Part shown: positions 1 through 13,100 of the stretch, one piece after another
How positions within the stretch are numbered: the first letter of the stretch is position 1
How the letters are laid out: every line of letters starts with the position of its first letter
Assembly (NCBI GenBank): GCA_964276515.1
Contig: OZ193909.1
Span: 4,278,001 to 4,342,000 of the forward strand
DNA length: 64,000 bases
DNA from: Gordius albopunctatus
Taxonomy: Eukaryota
Direction: 5' to 3'
Notes under the pieces: model-generated
The model's database searches: none
What the model was told of the DNA's origin: nothing
What the model saw: the letters and a program-made list of their open reading frames with translations, nothing else
Position numbers and translations under genes: made by a program

Positions 1-551
1 ATTTCGAATTTTTTTCGTGTAAAGTTGGCGACGCGCTAAATCAGCTTAAAGCGCGTCATAATTTATTTTGTTTAAATACGCGGTGGTTCGCGCCTATTCA
101 AGACACAACCTAGCTAGGTAATTTAGCTGCTTTAAAACTCGCGAAAAAAATGTTGTTGTGCATATATATACAGTCGCGAACTCTATTTTTTAACAAGTTC
201 AATCATTATCTTCGTGCAATTATAAAAATTACGAACTATTGTGGTATCAAGACAAATTTGCAAACAAAAATAATGTTATTCAATAAACACTGAATAATTT
301 ATGGATATGTAGGCCTCATCGTTTACACCTTCATTCGCTCAAAATGTAAATTGCTTCTTAATAATGCCAGTTGGAAAAAAATTGGTTACTTTCCTATATA
401 GGATTAAGAGTTTTAAAGGCAGTCTACGCTGCGACGCAATTTGAAAATAAATTTATCTCACTCATGCCTGTGGAATTATATTGATCTTTTCACGTGCTCT
501 CCTTCCCATCGCTGGCTCACATTTTTTGTGCTACTCCTTTTAAAACGATAG

Positions 552-3093
552 ATTTGGAAGCGTGCCTTTCGGACAAAGCGCCACCCGAGGCACCCATGAT
601 GACTGTAACCTCGCGACCTCCCTCCTGCCCCCCGCCCGATAGACTGAAGGGCCGAAATATCGATTCTCAAATTCCCGCCATAAGTACTTGCAATTATTGA
701 ATATCGATTTGAATCCACATCGCCATCCTTCATCTTTTTATTTTATCATTTATATTACTTGCTTACTTTTATTAGATGAGAGTAAAATTGCATTGGTCGG
801 GTCATCATTATTGAATGGAATGGGAAAGGTGCTTCTGATAACTTGGTTATAGCAAAAAATATCGTATTCTCAAACTTTGTAATGATAATACGATACGCTA
901 ATCATGTATTGCTACCTCATTACAGAGTCTCCCCAAAACGACTGGGCATTTGACGACCCAACTTGACCGAGGGACTTTAAAAGACGAGCAGTTTCATCGA
1001 TTCGTAGAGTTTGGGTTATTTAATTAAATCTGCAAGCCTGCTGCATAGTATCACGTTTTAGAAGGGTGCAAAGGTTACAATTTTGCACGATTCCTCGGGT
1101 TTAGGTTGAACAATTATTCGATAAAAAATTTCAAAGAAAAAATAGTCATAATTATAATAATCTGTTAAGTTATATAATATTTATCGTTCTTAATTGTTAA
1201 TTAAGGGGGGGGGCTTGAGTTAAAGAGTTGGGATTGAATTGAAAATAGACGTGCAAGATGGACAATCGTAAAATGTGTTTGAAAAAATTGAAATAATCCC
1301 TCGTTTCACGATAAAACCAATAGTTTTTGTTAATTTTTTTTCTTACTTTAGGGTCGTTCCTGACACGGTGTAAAGAAAGGGCCGACAGCGACGACGAAGT
1401 CCTCCGAGAAATCGTCAGCTGTAGGGATCGCCTACAACTTTTGAGTGAAGAGCTAAGCCCTCCAACCCCTCTAGGCCCCTCCGAGGCAACCACTTTGCCC
1501 TTGCCCTTCCTCAAAGCTTACACCGAGTTTCAAAGTCTCAGTGCCGAGCTTGTGCAGTTGGATGAAGAAGTATATATTATATAAGCGCGTATTTAGAACT
1601 TTTGGTTTTGGGTATTTAACAGCGATTCTCCACTTTTACGTTAAATTATGAGTACTTGGCTTCTAAAAACATCATGAAATAAGAGAGAATTATGTGGGCA
1701 TAGCGAGCATTAAGATTAGGGGGGGGGGGGCAAGATAATAATTCATTTTTTAAATTTTTTTTATAAATTACAACAAATTTTTGGATTTAGAGGGGGCAGT
1801 CACCTCCCCCCCTGTCCCCCTTGGATACGCCCGTGTAGGATTATAACCAAATATAAAAATATATGGTTCGTCAAAAATGATTTTTTAATCTAATTATTAT
1901 TATTATAATTAAAGCGACTCCTAAAATTTGATTGTGGATATTAGATTGGGCAGATATAATTCTGTGATGTAAGTGAGATCCCTATGCTCAGGGTGTTTAG
2001 TGCTCATATTTGTTGCAACCGTTGGTGGTAGTCAGTGATGTAATGAGCGCCTTGAGGGGTCTGCTGGATTAAAATAGGCGAACCCACATTGATTGAAGAC
2101 GTTCAATGTGGGTGTCGTGCAAACCGACGACTACTAGTATATACTTTTGACATAGAAACTCGGATGTGCCATTAGCTATATGATGCTTGAAGGGTTCACA
2201 AATGTAGCTACAAAATACGGCACATGTGACGGTGCTATAAAATAAACAACGCTCGCCCAATGGTAATTTTGTCTAAGATTTAGGACCATCGGGGGGGGGG
2301 CGAAATCAGTAAAAAACGACCTTGCACTAGGGAAGCGCATCTCACGCTAGAATCTTATATATGGTCGTGGTACTAAGTCTGTTACTCCTTTCAACGGCCT
2401 AGGTCTGAAATGACGTACTGAATTACAACACCGTTTGGTGCTTATGATAAATTTGTCATAATCTCCCCTTTTTATTGTGCTTCCTTGGTTAAACTCTGTG
2501 ATTTTTCGGATAAATAGGGGGAAAAGTTGGGAATCATTGCTTTATATTGATCCGTCTTTAACAAATTTAAGCGTGGACGACGCCCGTTGCGAGCATTATT
2601 GAAGCAAACATTTGAACCTAAATTTAATAGTTTTTATATATAATAGATTGGTAGGCTCTTCTTTTTAAAAAGGCTTCCTTGGAATAGTGACGTTAAATAA
2701 ACTCGCATTAATAATAGGTAAAATTAATCTTATATCGGTTGGCCCTTTAGCTTTTGAACAAAAATATATTTTATAAGGCACTCTAAGTTTTTATTTTAAG
2801 TTACTTTTGTGTTCTTTTAGAAAGGCTTTTCTAATTAAATGTCTTCATTTTATAACTTTAAAATCTAAATTATAATGGGAGTCCTTAAATAAATGTTTTA
2901 CTCTTATGCATGTGTGGGCAACTGTATGATTTTTTTTTCGTGCTTAATTTGTTAGATCAAAGAATTGTACAAAAAGCATAGAAGATTAAAGTTGAAGAAG
3001 AAAGAAGTTCCTCGGCTTGAAGTGGAAAAGCTTGAGAAAAAACTGGCGGAAAGGGAAAAGTTATGTGAACTCCTGTCTAATTCTGAAGCATGA
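552..3093 (+). CDS. TADA3: 3' exons of a divergent transcriptional adapter 3 (Ada3/TADA3)-like gene; 5' part unresolved
   Basis: GT-AG exons 1352-1569 (…ADSDDEVLREIVSCRDRLQLLSEEL…LVQLDEE) and 2956-3093 (IKELYKKHRRLKLKKKEVPRLEVEKLEKKLAEREKLCELLSNSEA*) join in phase 0. They resemble the metazoan TADA3 C-terminus (DDEVLAELR…ADNEV…KERESILKLL). Upstream exons 552-683, 776-828 and 926-~1014 join in frame, but the link to 1352 is not resolved. Confidence 0.6.
1693..1835. mobile_element. Poly-G/poly-C MITE (CAxGGGCGTA-type ends) inside the TADA3-like intron
   Basis: Ends tgtgggcata…tacgcccgtg with internal G and C runs; same family as the TSD-flanked copies at 26919 and 28124. Confidence 0.6.
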
Positions 3094-3750
3094 TCAACAT
3101 TTCAAAATGTTTGTACCAAAAATGTTTAAACCATTTTTTTGATAATATATTTATAAACACATAATAATTCCAACCTTAATCATTCTTATTTATAAATAAT
3201 ATATAAATACAGCTACCCCTAAGTGTTAATAAGTCGAGAATGTACCGATGCATTAATAAATATTTATTGTTTTCTACAATTTAGACGTTTGAAAAGTATT
3301 TATTTCCTACCATTTTACAAAACAAATTTTTAAAGTAAATGTTACACATGTCTACTAAATGGTAACGTGTTAAATTGAGGGAAAAGGTACGGTTTACAAA
3401 TATCAGTTATGGTTATAAAGTTGTTTTTTGTGAAGAAAACAAATATGTTTTCGATCCCTCATAACTTTTTTAGATAATCGGCTTTAAAGTTGAGAAAATA
3501 AGCGTCTTTGACCCTTTTTAAAGATAAAAATTGCGCTCTTTTTAATGATTTTTAATTTATACTACAAATTCTTTTTTACTCTATACTTTTTATTGCAATT
3601 TTTCCTAACGCCTACTAAAAGTGTGTCCATTTTTATTATAATAATGACTATGGTCCCTCAGAGTCTGCCAGCAGGAAGCTATGCTGAAATTTTGGTACGC
3701 ACTTAAAATTCTAACCTTAAATCACTTTTTATGCCATTTGTATGACCTTT

Positions 3751-3817
3751 GAGGGGCTTAGTAGGTATGTGTTTCATCTTTGAAGCAGGAGCTCGAAGGT
3801 TCAATCCCGCCTTTGGC
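3751..3817 (+). mobile_element. tRNA-derived SINE head or tRNA pseudogene
   Basis: A-box-like ggcttagtagg and B box ggttcaatcc (3798-3807) at tRNA-like spacing; no intact acceptor stem. Confidence 0.35.
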
Positions 3818-3916
3818 ACTTATTTTAATGATTAAAAATACGGCTGTCAGGCATGGATAGTCGAGCGTTATTCCTGATCCAAGTCCTCTATGAAAGTTCA
3901 GAATAATGAAAGCAAT

Positions 3917-5411
3917 GAAATCGCTAGGGCGTCCTCCGTAAACGACGCGCGTGGTAGGCGCTCGTATTTTGTGAAACCGCAAACGGATATAGTTAAATAA
4001 ACTAGTTTGATAAGACAAGTTTGAGAGTGGACTCGCTAAATGTTGGAACAATGACTGCAAAATGCCGAGAAGTTGCTGACACCCTCAGCAAGCGACGGGT
4101 CTATATAGCATGTGTATAAGGAACAAGTAGGGAAGGCGCAAAAGCAAGGATGATAGGTGAAGGCTATAAACATAAATTGGCCTAGAACGAATAAAAATGG
4201 CGTGGCAATTAAATTAGCCTCTGCAAGCTAAAGTCCATGAGGTACGAACAACAAGCGGCCGACTTATGATGTTAAAACTATGCATAGAAGATCAAATGGT
4301 TAATGTAGTATCTGGTTATGCTCCGCAAACAGGATGCACAGATGGCGAAAAGGATGCCTTTCGGTAAGAATTAGATGAAACGCTGCGAATGATACCCAGA
4401 GCTGAGATAGTTATAATTGGAGCGGATATGAATGGTCACGTAGGCGAATAAAGAGATGGATTTGAACGATGTCTCATATATGGATTCTTTAAAGACGAGC
4501 AACCAGAGATACGACATATATTGAGTCTTTGAAGACTATCAACCAGAGGCGCGGGGTAAGTACCAGGTGCTGGACGATAGTAAGCGATAGAAAAAGGAAA
4601 TCTAAGAAAGAAGAGTAACGTAAAGTACGCAAGAGTGAATAACAACTGGCGCAAGACCCCCAGAAGAGAAGATTATTATCCGGGACAAAGAGCTCACATC
4701 GTCGAACATTCATCATGATGGTTAAAGGTCAGCGAGAAGAAAACGGTTTACATGCAAACGATGGGCGGTAGTCCGCAAATGCACAAAAATGACGGTCCAA
4801 TGTACACGGAGGTTGATAAGTTCACATATCTTGGTTCGCTATTACATCAAGAGGGAGGATGTACCGCCGAAGTTTATTCTCGGATCAAGAAAGAATGGCT
4901 CAAGTGGCGCAGCATCTCCGGTGTCATGTGTGACAAAAAGATACCAATTTGGTTGAAAAGCAAGGCGTACAAAACCATCGTGCGACCGGTCTTGCTTTAC
5001 GGGAGCGAAACATGGGCTGTAACCACCGCGGAGGAGAAACTCTTGCAAGTCATGGAAATGAGAATGGTGCGATGGAGCTCCAAGCTGGATCGCATGACGA
5101 ACGAATCCTTGATGACAAAGATGGGTATACAAGCGACGAAGGACTTCTTAAGAGAAAATCGACTGCGGTGGTACGGCCATGTATTACGAAGAGATGAAGA
5201 CGATGTCACACGCCGAACGCTGGAAATGGACGTACCTGGAAGAAGAGGAAGGGGCAGACCACGTGCCACCTGGAAACGACTGGTCGAAAAGGATATGGAC
5301 GTCAAACAGATGGAAATTGGTATGGCATTCACACGACTCAGATGGAAGAGGCTGCTGAAAACGTACCCCACGTCTGTGGGATTTTCAACACGATAAAGAA
5401 GAAGAAGAAGA
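3917..5411 (+). mobile_element. RTE-clade non-LTR retrotransposon, internally deleted
   Basis: APE endonuclease start LRVDSLNVGTMTAKCREVADTL at ~4021; post-RT region FTYLGS…YKTIVRPVLLYGSETW…RLRWYGHVLRR…RGRPR (ORF 4752-5396); (GAA)n tail at ~5397-5411. RT core (YADD) not seen. Confidence 0.9.
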
Positions 5412-5429
5412 AAACATATATATATATAA

Positions 5430-7010
5430 CTGGTGATAATCACGGACATAATAAACGGTACCATGGTGTAAATGGATACAGATCGAGAAACGATGATGGC
5501 GACGAAATATTGAAAATAGCCGTGGTATATTTGGCCATCACAAATACCTTCTTCAAAAAGAATGAAAATCACCTAATGACAAACAAAAGTGTTGATCAGC
5601 ATAATGCTAACGATATGTGGAATAACATAGTTAACACGCCACGATCAGAAGCGAGATGTGTTGTAACAAAAAGATAATGAGACATGGTGGTGGAAAGAAG
5701 ATGCAACGCCTACTCTGGAAAAGAAAACTACAAATTATGGTCAGGCAACAGGAATGAAGGAATAAGATTGGCACATTTGTTTGCTAAAAGACAGGCTAAA
5801 TGTTGTGTGGCCAAGGTGAAACACTTGTCTACAAGAATTTGAACAGCATGTTAACTAGTAAAGAAGGGGACAGAATGATCTACAAAATCGCAAAGAATTG
5901 GTATGCATGAAAAAGAGGAAGGTAAACATCACTCTAACTCTGGATATCAAATCATAGATCGTTGGGAAGAAGAATACTATAAAGATTCATTAAACAGCGA
6001 AAATGGGTTTTGGGACCACTGCGAACGGAAGGACTATGAATATGACCCAGAGTTAGAAGTGACAGAAGAGATTGATCACATGCTTAAAAAGATAGACATG
6101 GGTAGAGCGGTGGCACGTGATAATATACCTATGGAAGGTTTCCAAATGCTAGGTCTTTAGGTGTACATTTTCTAACTTGCAATTGGTATGATGCCTGATG
6201 AAGGGGGATGTACAAGAATGCAATAACTATCGGGGAATACAGTTAACGAGTCACTTAATGAAAGTGTGGAAAAGGGTTATTGAAGCTAGGCCTCGAAATA
6301 TAATCTTAATAAATAAACGACTATTTGGGTTCATGCCTGAAAAGTCAACCGATGCAATAAATGGTCTCTGGTGACTTGTGGAATTTCATAATGAGAAACA
6401 AAAAGGTCGTCATATGTGTTGTTTCATCCATCTTGAGAAAGCTCTTGATAAAGTATCAAGGCAGTTGATATGGGATACTCTGAGTTCCAATAGTGTACCC
6501 GACGCTTATATAATCTTAATAAAGGATATTTATAGAAACGCAAAGATCAAAGTCCGAACATCCATAGTACATCAAGGGGGTTCAGTCTAAATGTCAGTGT
6601 GAAACATTAGGAAGGAATTCAAATATCTCGGTTCTAGGGTACAATGTGATGGGGGTGTTGTGATGAACATATACCACTCAAATTGAAAGGACGATTATAT
6701 AACACCTTTATTGTACCCACGGTATCTGGGCAATTAAGGCAAAAGAGGAGCAAAGCTTGGCTACGATGGAGATGCGAATGTTAAGATGGATCTTAGGAAT
6801 AAGCGAAAAGGACCATATAAGGAATCAAGGCATAAGGGATAAACTAAATGTAGTTCCGATTCAGAGAAAAAAGGTTGTAAGAAGATTGAGATGGTATTGC
6901 CATTTGGAGAGACGGGAAGAAAGTCAAATGGCAAAACGTATTAAGAAGGTGCAAGTTGAAGGTAAGCGAAAGAGAGGGAGGCCTAAGCTGACTTTTAACA
7001 TAAAATAAAT
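5430..7010 (+). mobile_element. Second, heavily decayed RTE-clade LINE
   Basis: Fragments ITNTFFKK (endonuclease), CNNYRG, FGFMPEKST, FIHLEKALDKV (RT) and EMRMLRW…RLRWYCHLERR…KRGRPK, with stops and frameshifts. Confidence 0.85.
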
Positions 7011-7217
7011 ATGTACTCTAGAAAGTACGAGCTAAAGCGAAGCAGGAAGAGGCAATGACGGGCGACTGACCCTCTTTAAACCCAGAAATTTAATATTCAA
7101 TATAATCTTGACTCAAATTTCAAAAAGTTATCATTTCGACCTTCGCTAAATCAATATTGCTCCCTTCTTATATAACTTCTATATAGTATACATATAACTA
7201 TCTGCCTAGGTTATAAT

Positions 7218-7907
7218 TAGAGACCTGCACGGGCCGCCCGAAGTCCGAGCTGGCCCGACCCGATCGAGTTTTGGGCCGGGCTCGGGCAGAATTTAATAAT
7301 ATAATCGGGTCTAGGGCTCGGGTCGAACTTGATGCGTCGGTCCGAACCGAGGCCCGAGCCCGGTCCGGATTGAACTAAAACTAATTAATCTTTTATAGCA
7401 TAGGATTTAAATAAAACTCGATATTAAATAATATATAGCTTCCAAACTTCAGATTTTTTCCCTTGTCTATTAAAGTATAGCTGACCTGAATTTCAAATCT
7501 TATTCTAGTATTTAAATAAATTTATAATACCTATTACAACATCAGAAATAAGATAAGTAAATATTTAAAAGTGTTTTTTATTTTGCTTGAACTGTTAAAA
7601 ATACAGTTTATAAAGTTAAATTTTTCGCTTTAAATGATTAACAGAATAAATTGTAACGAGTGAAAAAAAATTATTTTAAACTTATCCTAGTAGTAAATAC
7701 AAGTAATAATAATCTCTAATGAATTTTATATTTAGATGGTGAAATAATTTTCAAAACTATATTTTTTTTAATTTTATTTGAAAAATTGGGTCGGGCTTGG
7801 GTCGGGCCTAAAATAAAAAAAATCTTCCGGGCTCGGGCAAAATAAAAATTGAGAAGTTGGGTTCGGGCCGAGCTCGGGCAGAAGGAATCTCATTTTGCAA
7901 GGCTCTC
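7218..7907. mobile_element. hAT-type MITE with CCCGA subterminal repeats
   Basis: TIR tagagacctgca/tgcaaggctct; many cccga/tcggg motifs; an inverted homolog lies at 51020-51581. Confidence 0.75.
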
Positions 7908-8372
7908 TTCCCCTATTTTTAGGGATGGATATGCAAAACAAATTTAAATAAAGGTTGTAAATCGGGGGGGGGGGGGTATGGACAATCTGGTCGAGTATTT
8001 CGCCCACAAACATTTCTCTACGGATTCGAATTAATTATAGCAAGGCTATGGCTCGCTAAGCTATTATCCGAGTACTTATACATGTTTTAATAATAATCAG
8101 ACTTAATTAATTTTTGTGAATTGGCTTTAATTATAAAACTGTTATAGACATGTTTAAAAATAAAAAAATAAATGTCGAGCTAGTTGACAAGTGAATATGA
8201 TGAGTTTGATTGATTAAAAATGTCATTTTAACATTAATAACACATGTTAAAAAATAGGGAAACAATTCAACTTTCATAAACTACTAATCCCAAAATGTAA
8301 TTAATTTTATTTTAATCACAACGTGCTGCTAGCCCTCCGTCATAGTATGAAGAAACCCCTTTTGAACGCATT

Positions 8373-10100
8373 TCAGTTTAATTGTAAAAATTCTGCTTTA
8401 CCGAGGTCAAAATCAATAAAATATTTTTAATTGCGGTTTAGGATTTGCAACACATCTATAGTACAACAGGAATTACGTTTTAAAAGTGCAGCCAGCAGGT
8501 TAAGATTAATTTGGTCAATAGTTGTTGGAAAAGCTCATGTGTCCAACTCAAGCTCTAGTTACGCATCATAATAACATGGATTAATAACATTTACATGTGA
8601 TAGAGGAATATTCTGAAATGATATATGCGGTAAGTTAATTATAATATACCAGTGGCCATAGGAGTAGCCAGGACCAGGATTATGATTTAGGGAGAGAGAA
8701 ACAAACCTTTTTGTAAATTTTAGCCATAATCTGATAAAATTATTGCGATTTTTTTTTGATTTCTTGCCACCCTCTGTCTATGCCGGTTGCGTTGGCTAGA
8801 TGGTCTAAAGGGGGGGGGGGGGGTTAATTTTTTGGTAAATAATATTATTCAACAAAAATTAATTAATACAAATCAGTGGCATAGGCAGGATTGCCCAAGG
8901 GGGTGGAGAAGATGTTTTTCAAAATTGGATTAATTAAAAACTAATTAAAACTATATACTTGAATATCTATGAACGGTTTTTAATAAAAAATGCACTAATA
9001 AATAATATCTTCAGTATTATCATTATGTTGTATCTAGAAAAGCCTTAGTATTTAAATTATGTACAATTTTAAGACCCACGTCCGCGTGTGTTCTTTCTTC
9101 CAGGGACGTTCAATTTTACAGTATATGCCAACTAGGCCATTGTTTAAACTAAAAATATACACAGGCCTTTTAGGCTTAGTTGGCCCACCAGTGACTAAAA
9201 ATTAAAAACCCGGTCCCGGCCTTGGTCCTTTAAGTTTAAATTATACTTCGAGCCAGGCCCGCGCAAATCAAGGGCCCAGCTTGGATCCTTGTCTAATTTT
9301 TTATATATTTTTCTGCTTTTTACATGCAAATTATTTGAAAACAATTTAATAATAATCATTTTAACAAATCATAAGTGTTGATCGGGTTTTTATTTCTTCC
9401 AACAAGCAACTCGCCATTAAATTTTGACTAGTAGCACTTTCTAGAACCATTTTTGGTAAATATAATTGGAAACTCTGTGCGAAGTAATTTTACTTGATAA
9501 AAACTACCTAGTTTGTCGATTTTCCACCTTAATTAAAAAAAAACTTTCGGGGTCCATTTATTTATAAATCACAAGTTCTATCAATTAATGATGAGTAAAA
9601 ATTAATATCGACTAAATCATTTTTGTAACAATCGAAATAATTAATTTTGATAAACATCATAAAAAATAAGCCATTTCCTATACATATATAGTTAAAGAAA
9701 TGTATTCCTAAATAATTTAGCTCGGCCTGGACCCGGCCTGAGCCAGTTAGTTATCTTAAAGCCCGGCCCATAATTTTTTACTGAGAAACTCATCCATGTT
9801 CGGCCCGTTTATAGTAATTTTATTTTGCCTATGCTAACTACAATCGCTTTAATAAAGTTAAGAATGTCATTATCATCAAAAAGTAGGCTTTGAAAATTAA
9901 TATATTAAACTATAAAAATTATTAATTCTTAGTTAAATTTGATTATTATTCTCTACTGCAGATCCTAAAGAAAGAGATTTTAAAGTTTAAAATGAAGGCA
10001 GCATAAAATTATTTATGATCTAAAGTAAGTTTAAATAAGATCCTTTATTACAAATATTTGGCTTGTACTAACATCTTCCTCTTCTATTTTAGAAATTCAG
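8373..10100 (+). other. Putative TSS and non-coding exons of a + strand spliced transcript (possible Plexin-B 5'UTR or lncRNA)
   Basis: Inr-like TCAGTT 8373-8378; donor GTAAGT at 8630; acceptor ctctactgcAG at 9961; exon 9962-10024; donor GTAAGT at 10025; acceptor ctattttAG at 10092. No long ORF. Confidence 0.35.
8810..9810 (+). repeat. ~1 kb composite repeat (poly-G MITE pieces plus GGCC-rich element), copy 1
   Basis: Collinear similarity to 57780-58700, e.g. ggccttttaggctta, ttcttccaacaag and tttgataaacatcataaaaaa. Confidence 0.7.
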
Positions 10101-13100
10101 ATAGTATTTTAATGATATAATTAGAAATAAAATTTCTTTTCCCTTTAAAACACGCACTAAGGAATGAAAATTATTGTCTAAATAGTCTTAGAAATTGTAG
10201 ATTTTTATCTAAAATTAAATCCTAAATAAATTAAGATAAATAGTTATTGCTACCAGCGCAATTAATTTGCTAATTTTTTTTTGTCAATCGGAGGGGGGGC
10301 TGTCTTTTAAGAAAACCCCCTTGCCTATCCGAATGTAGTATAGGTGTCAATTGTAGCTTTTTAAAAATAATATTATTTGGGCTGTTTAGTGTTTTTATTA
10401 GCATAAGAGGTAACTTGTATATGATTCTAGTTTAAATTCATTCTTACAATAATTACCTTAGTAAACTACTAAGTCAACAACAAAAACCATATTTATCGCA
10501 ATCTATCACTGCTTAAAGTGATTGCATCTGAAGGTCTCGAAGTCATTCTTTCTTGCCTCCATTTACCTAGCCATTTAATAGATTAACTTTTGATAGCGTC
10601 ACGCTATTTTTTAGAAGCATAAACTTCCGTTATAGGACGTGGGTGGACGCTAAAAGGGCCGAAATAGTTTTTGAAGCCGCTGACCTATATTAAAGCGATA
10701 ACGTGTATTTGATTTGCTATACTACTTATATATATGAGAATCCATATTCCCGTAGAAGCTTTAATATCATTAATGTATCCATACATCAATGTAACGGCAT
10801 GAGGGGAAAGGGTTAGAGCCATGCCATTGCATAATATATATAATATTAGGCGTAAGTAGTAATCAATATGGAAGCGAGTGGAGCGTAGAAAAGTTTTGAA
10901 ACAAATGCCTGCATTTAGAGTATTGGTTTAGGCCGAGGCTTAACGTTAGTGTGGACTGCGCTATACAGCGGAGTGGATGAAAGATTTTTTTGATTAAGAC
11001 AGCTTTTTCTGATCCTGTGCACGCTCGGCAAGGAGCTTTTATAAGCGTTTCCGCAAATTAACGGCCGAGCAATTCTTAACTTGAGGGACCTCTCGAGGCA
11101 GCATTCATTAACATTATTATGAATATTAATGAAACAACCCGCTCTCACTGATTCCACTCCTCTCGTCATATTAAATTTAGAAGTAAACCCACTTACCTAA
11201 CGGAATCCAAAATGTTTAGCCATAATTTTATGAACCACGAGGAATTGTTTTGAGACTGTACAAGTTAAATAGAGTTCAGAATTTCATTTAAAACATCTAT
11301 ATAGACTTTGTATTTATGTGCATTTACGGCCTATCGAGCCTCCAAATATATGATTACTCATATTTTACATTGCCCAAAATTTTGATCTTATGAATTATTA
11401 TATTATTAAAACTGGACTAAACAATCTATATGGAATATTTAACACATTATTTCCCCATTTTGGCTGTGTCATTTATCATTTACGCAAAAGTTATTTTGAG
11501 TAAATATATACTTCTCTGTAAAAAGTAAAGTTTAATAAAAAAAGGTGCTAAATGTTATATGCTGGTGTTTAAGTTAGTAAGTTGCACGCTTATATTTATA
11601 TATATTAAACTTTTTAGTGTTAACTAAAGCTAGAAATAAATTAAGCTTTAATTGACTTTTATTAATGAGAAGTTATGATGTTAATTAGTATTAACTAAAT
11701 TCGCCTAATAGCTATTCAGTATACATTAAGCATATAAAGCGTGACAATTAAGTTTATTACAGTTTATTAACTAAACTATAACATTGTAATGCTTATTTGG
11801 CCATTACATCCTGTTAAATGAATGATTAAAATACATGCAATTTGTATTTTATTATCTTTCACATTGTTTAACAGAACCTAGTTAAAAATTTTATGCAAAA
11901 CATATTTAAAATGGTTAAAATTGGAAGTAACTAGCGAATATTTATAACTCCTTCAAAATTTTAGCCACTATCTTTTATGAAAATGTGGTCCATATTAGCA
12001 TATATATAATAAAAGCTCAAAATGTTTTCAACTAATTTTTTGCCATTCTTTAAAAAAATAATTTAATTTATTTTTGTATTAGCATACTTATGTAATAGGT
12101 GTTATTAATTCTTTTGAATTCAGTTATTTATTACGTAGTAATTGTTTCCAAAATTAGAAGTCTACCAGCTTCCACATTCAGTTTTGGGTCATTGTCTGTA
12201 TTGTATTTAATTAAAACTGTATTTAAGAATCGACTGAAATGATATCCAATAATCGAGAGTCTATCATCCTTTTAAAATAATAATTAGCGTCATTTTATAG
12301 AGTAAAGCCCCGCGAGATCCGGCTATTAAATTTTCTCGACCATTATCTCATCAAATGTTAGCAAAGGTAAAAACTCGCTGTAATTATATACAACTTACAA
12401 AGATGAGGCATAATGATTTTAAGGGGAAAATATCGCTAAAAGAGCTCTCCTCAAAGGAAAATTAGAGATAGGGTAAAAAGTATTTACAAATCAACTCTCC
12501 TACGACAAGCATCTAATGGATGGTAAGACTTAATGGGACTCTAATGGTTCATTTAGGGTAAACTTTGCATACTCTGTGATTGTGTGTTTTTCAAATGTAT
12601 GTTCATGTTCTACAAAGGAAGCTAGCATTGATTAAATGCCTGCAATTTGTTATATAATAATGGCACTCTCGGCGGTACTATATATTGTGTAAAATATCAA
12701 CATAACCTGACATCAATTCTGCTTTCAAAAATGCTCTCTCTTACATTAAGGCTCTTTTTTATAATAGGTACCGACAAAGAGTGTGTTTAATCTAACGCAC
12801 AATTCTAAGGTAGAAAACCTGGTGCAATATGAAATTATTTGGAATAAATTAGTTTAATAGAGTTTACAATGTAAAATCTAATACAATCTCAATCCATGGC
12901 TTGATGCCAGCTTATTAATTTAATATGATTATTACAAAAATTTTGAGCGATTTGTAAATGATATATTTCAATAAATTCAATTAATTTAAAAATATTTTGA
13001 CTAGGCAATATTAAACCAATATAAATATCTGCAAGATTCGTGAATATTTTAGAATATAAATGCATACTTTTTAAAAAGGATATTTATGTATTTTAATTAC

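Noticed and set aside
1964..2431. Assignment as RNase P/MRP, 7SK, SRP, U3 or telomerase RNA
   Set aside because: No P4 CR-I/CR-V motifs, 7SK GAUC pair, SRP helix 8, H box or recognisable telomeric template were found.
4997..5572. 191-aa minus-strand ORF and other overlapping ORFs
   Set aside because: Antisense or alternative-frame shadows of the RTE coding sequence.
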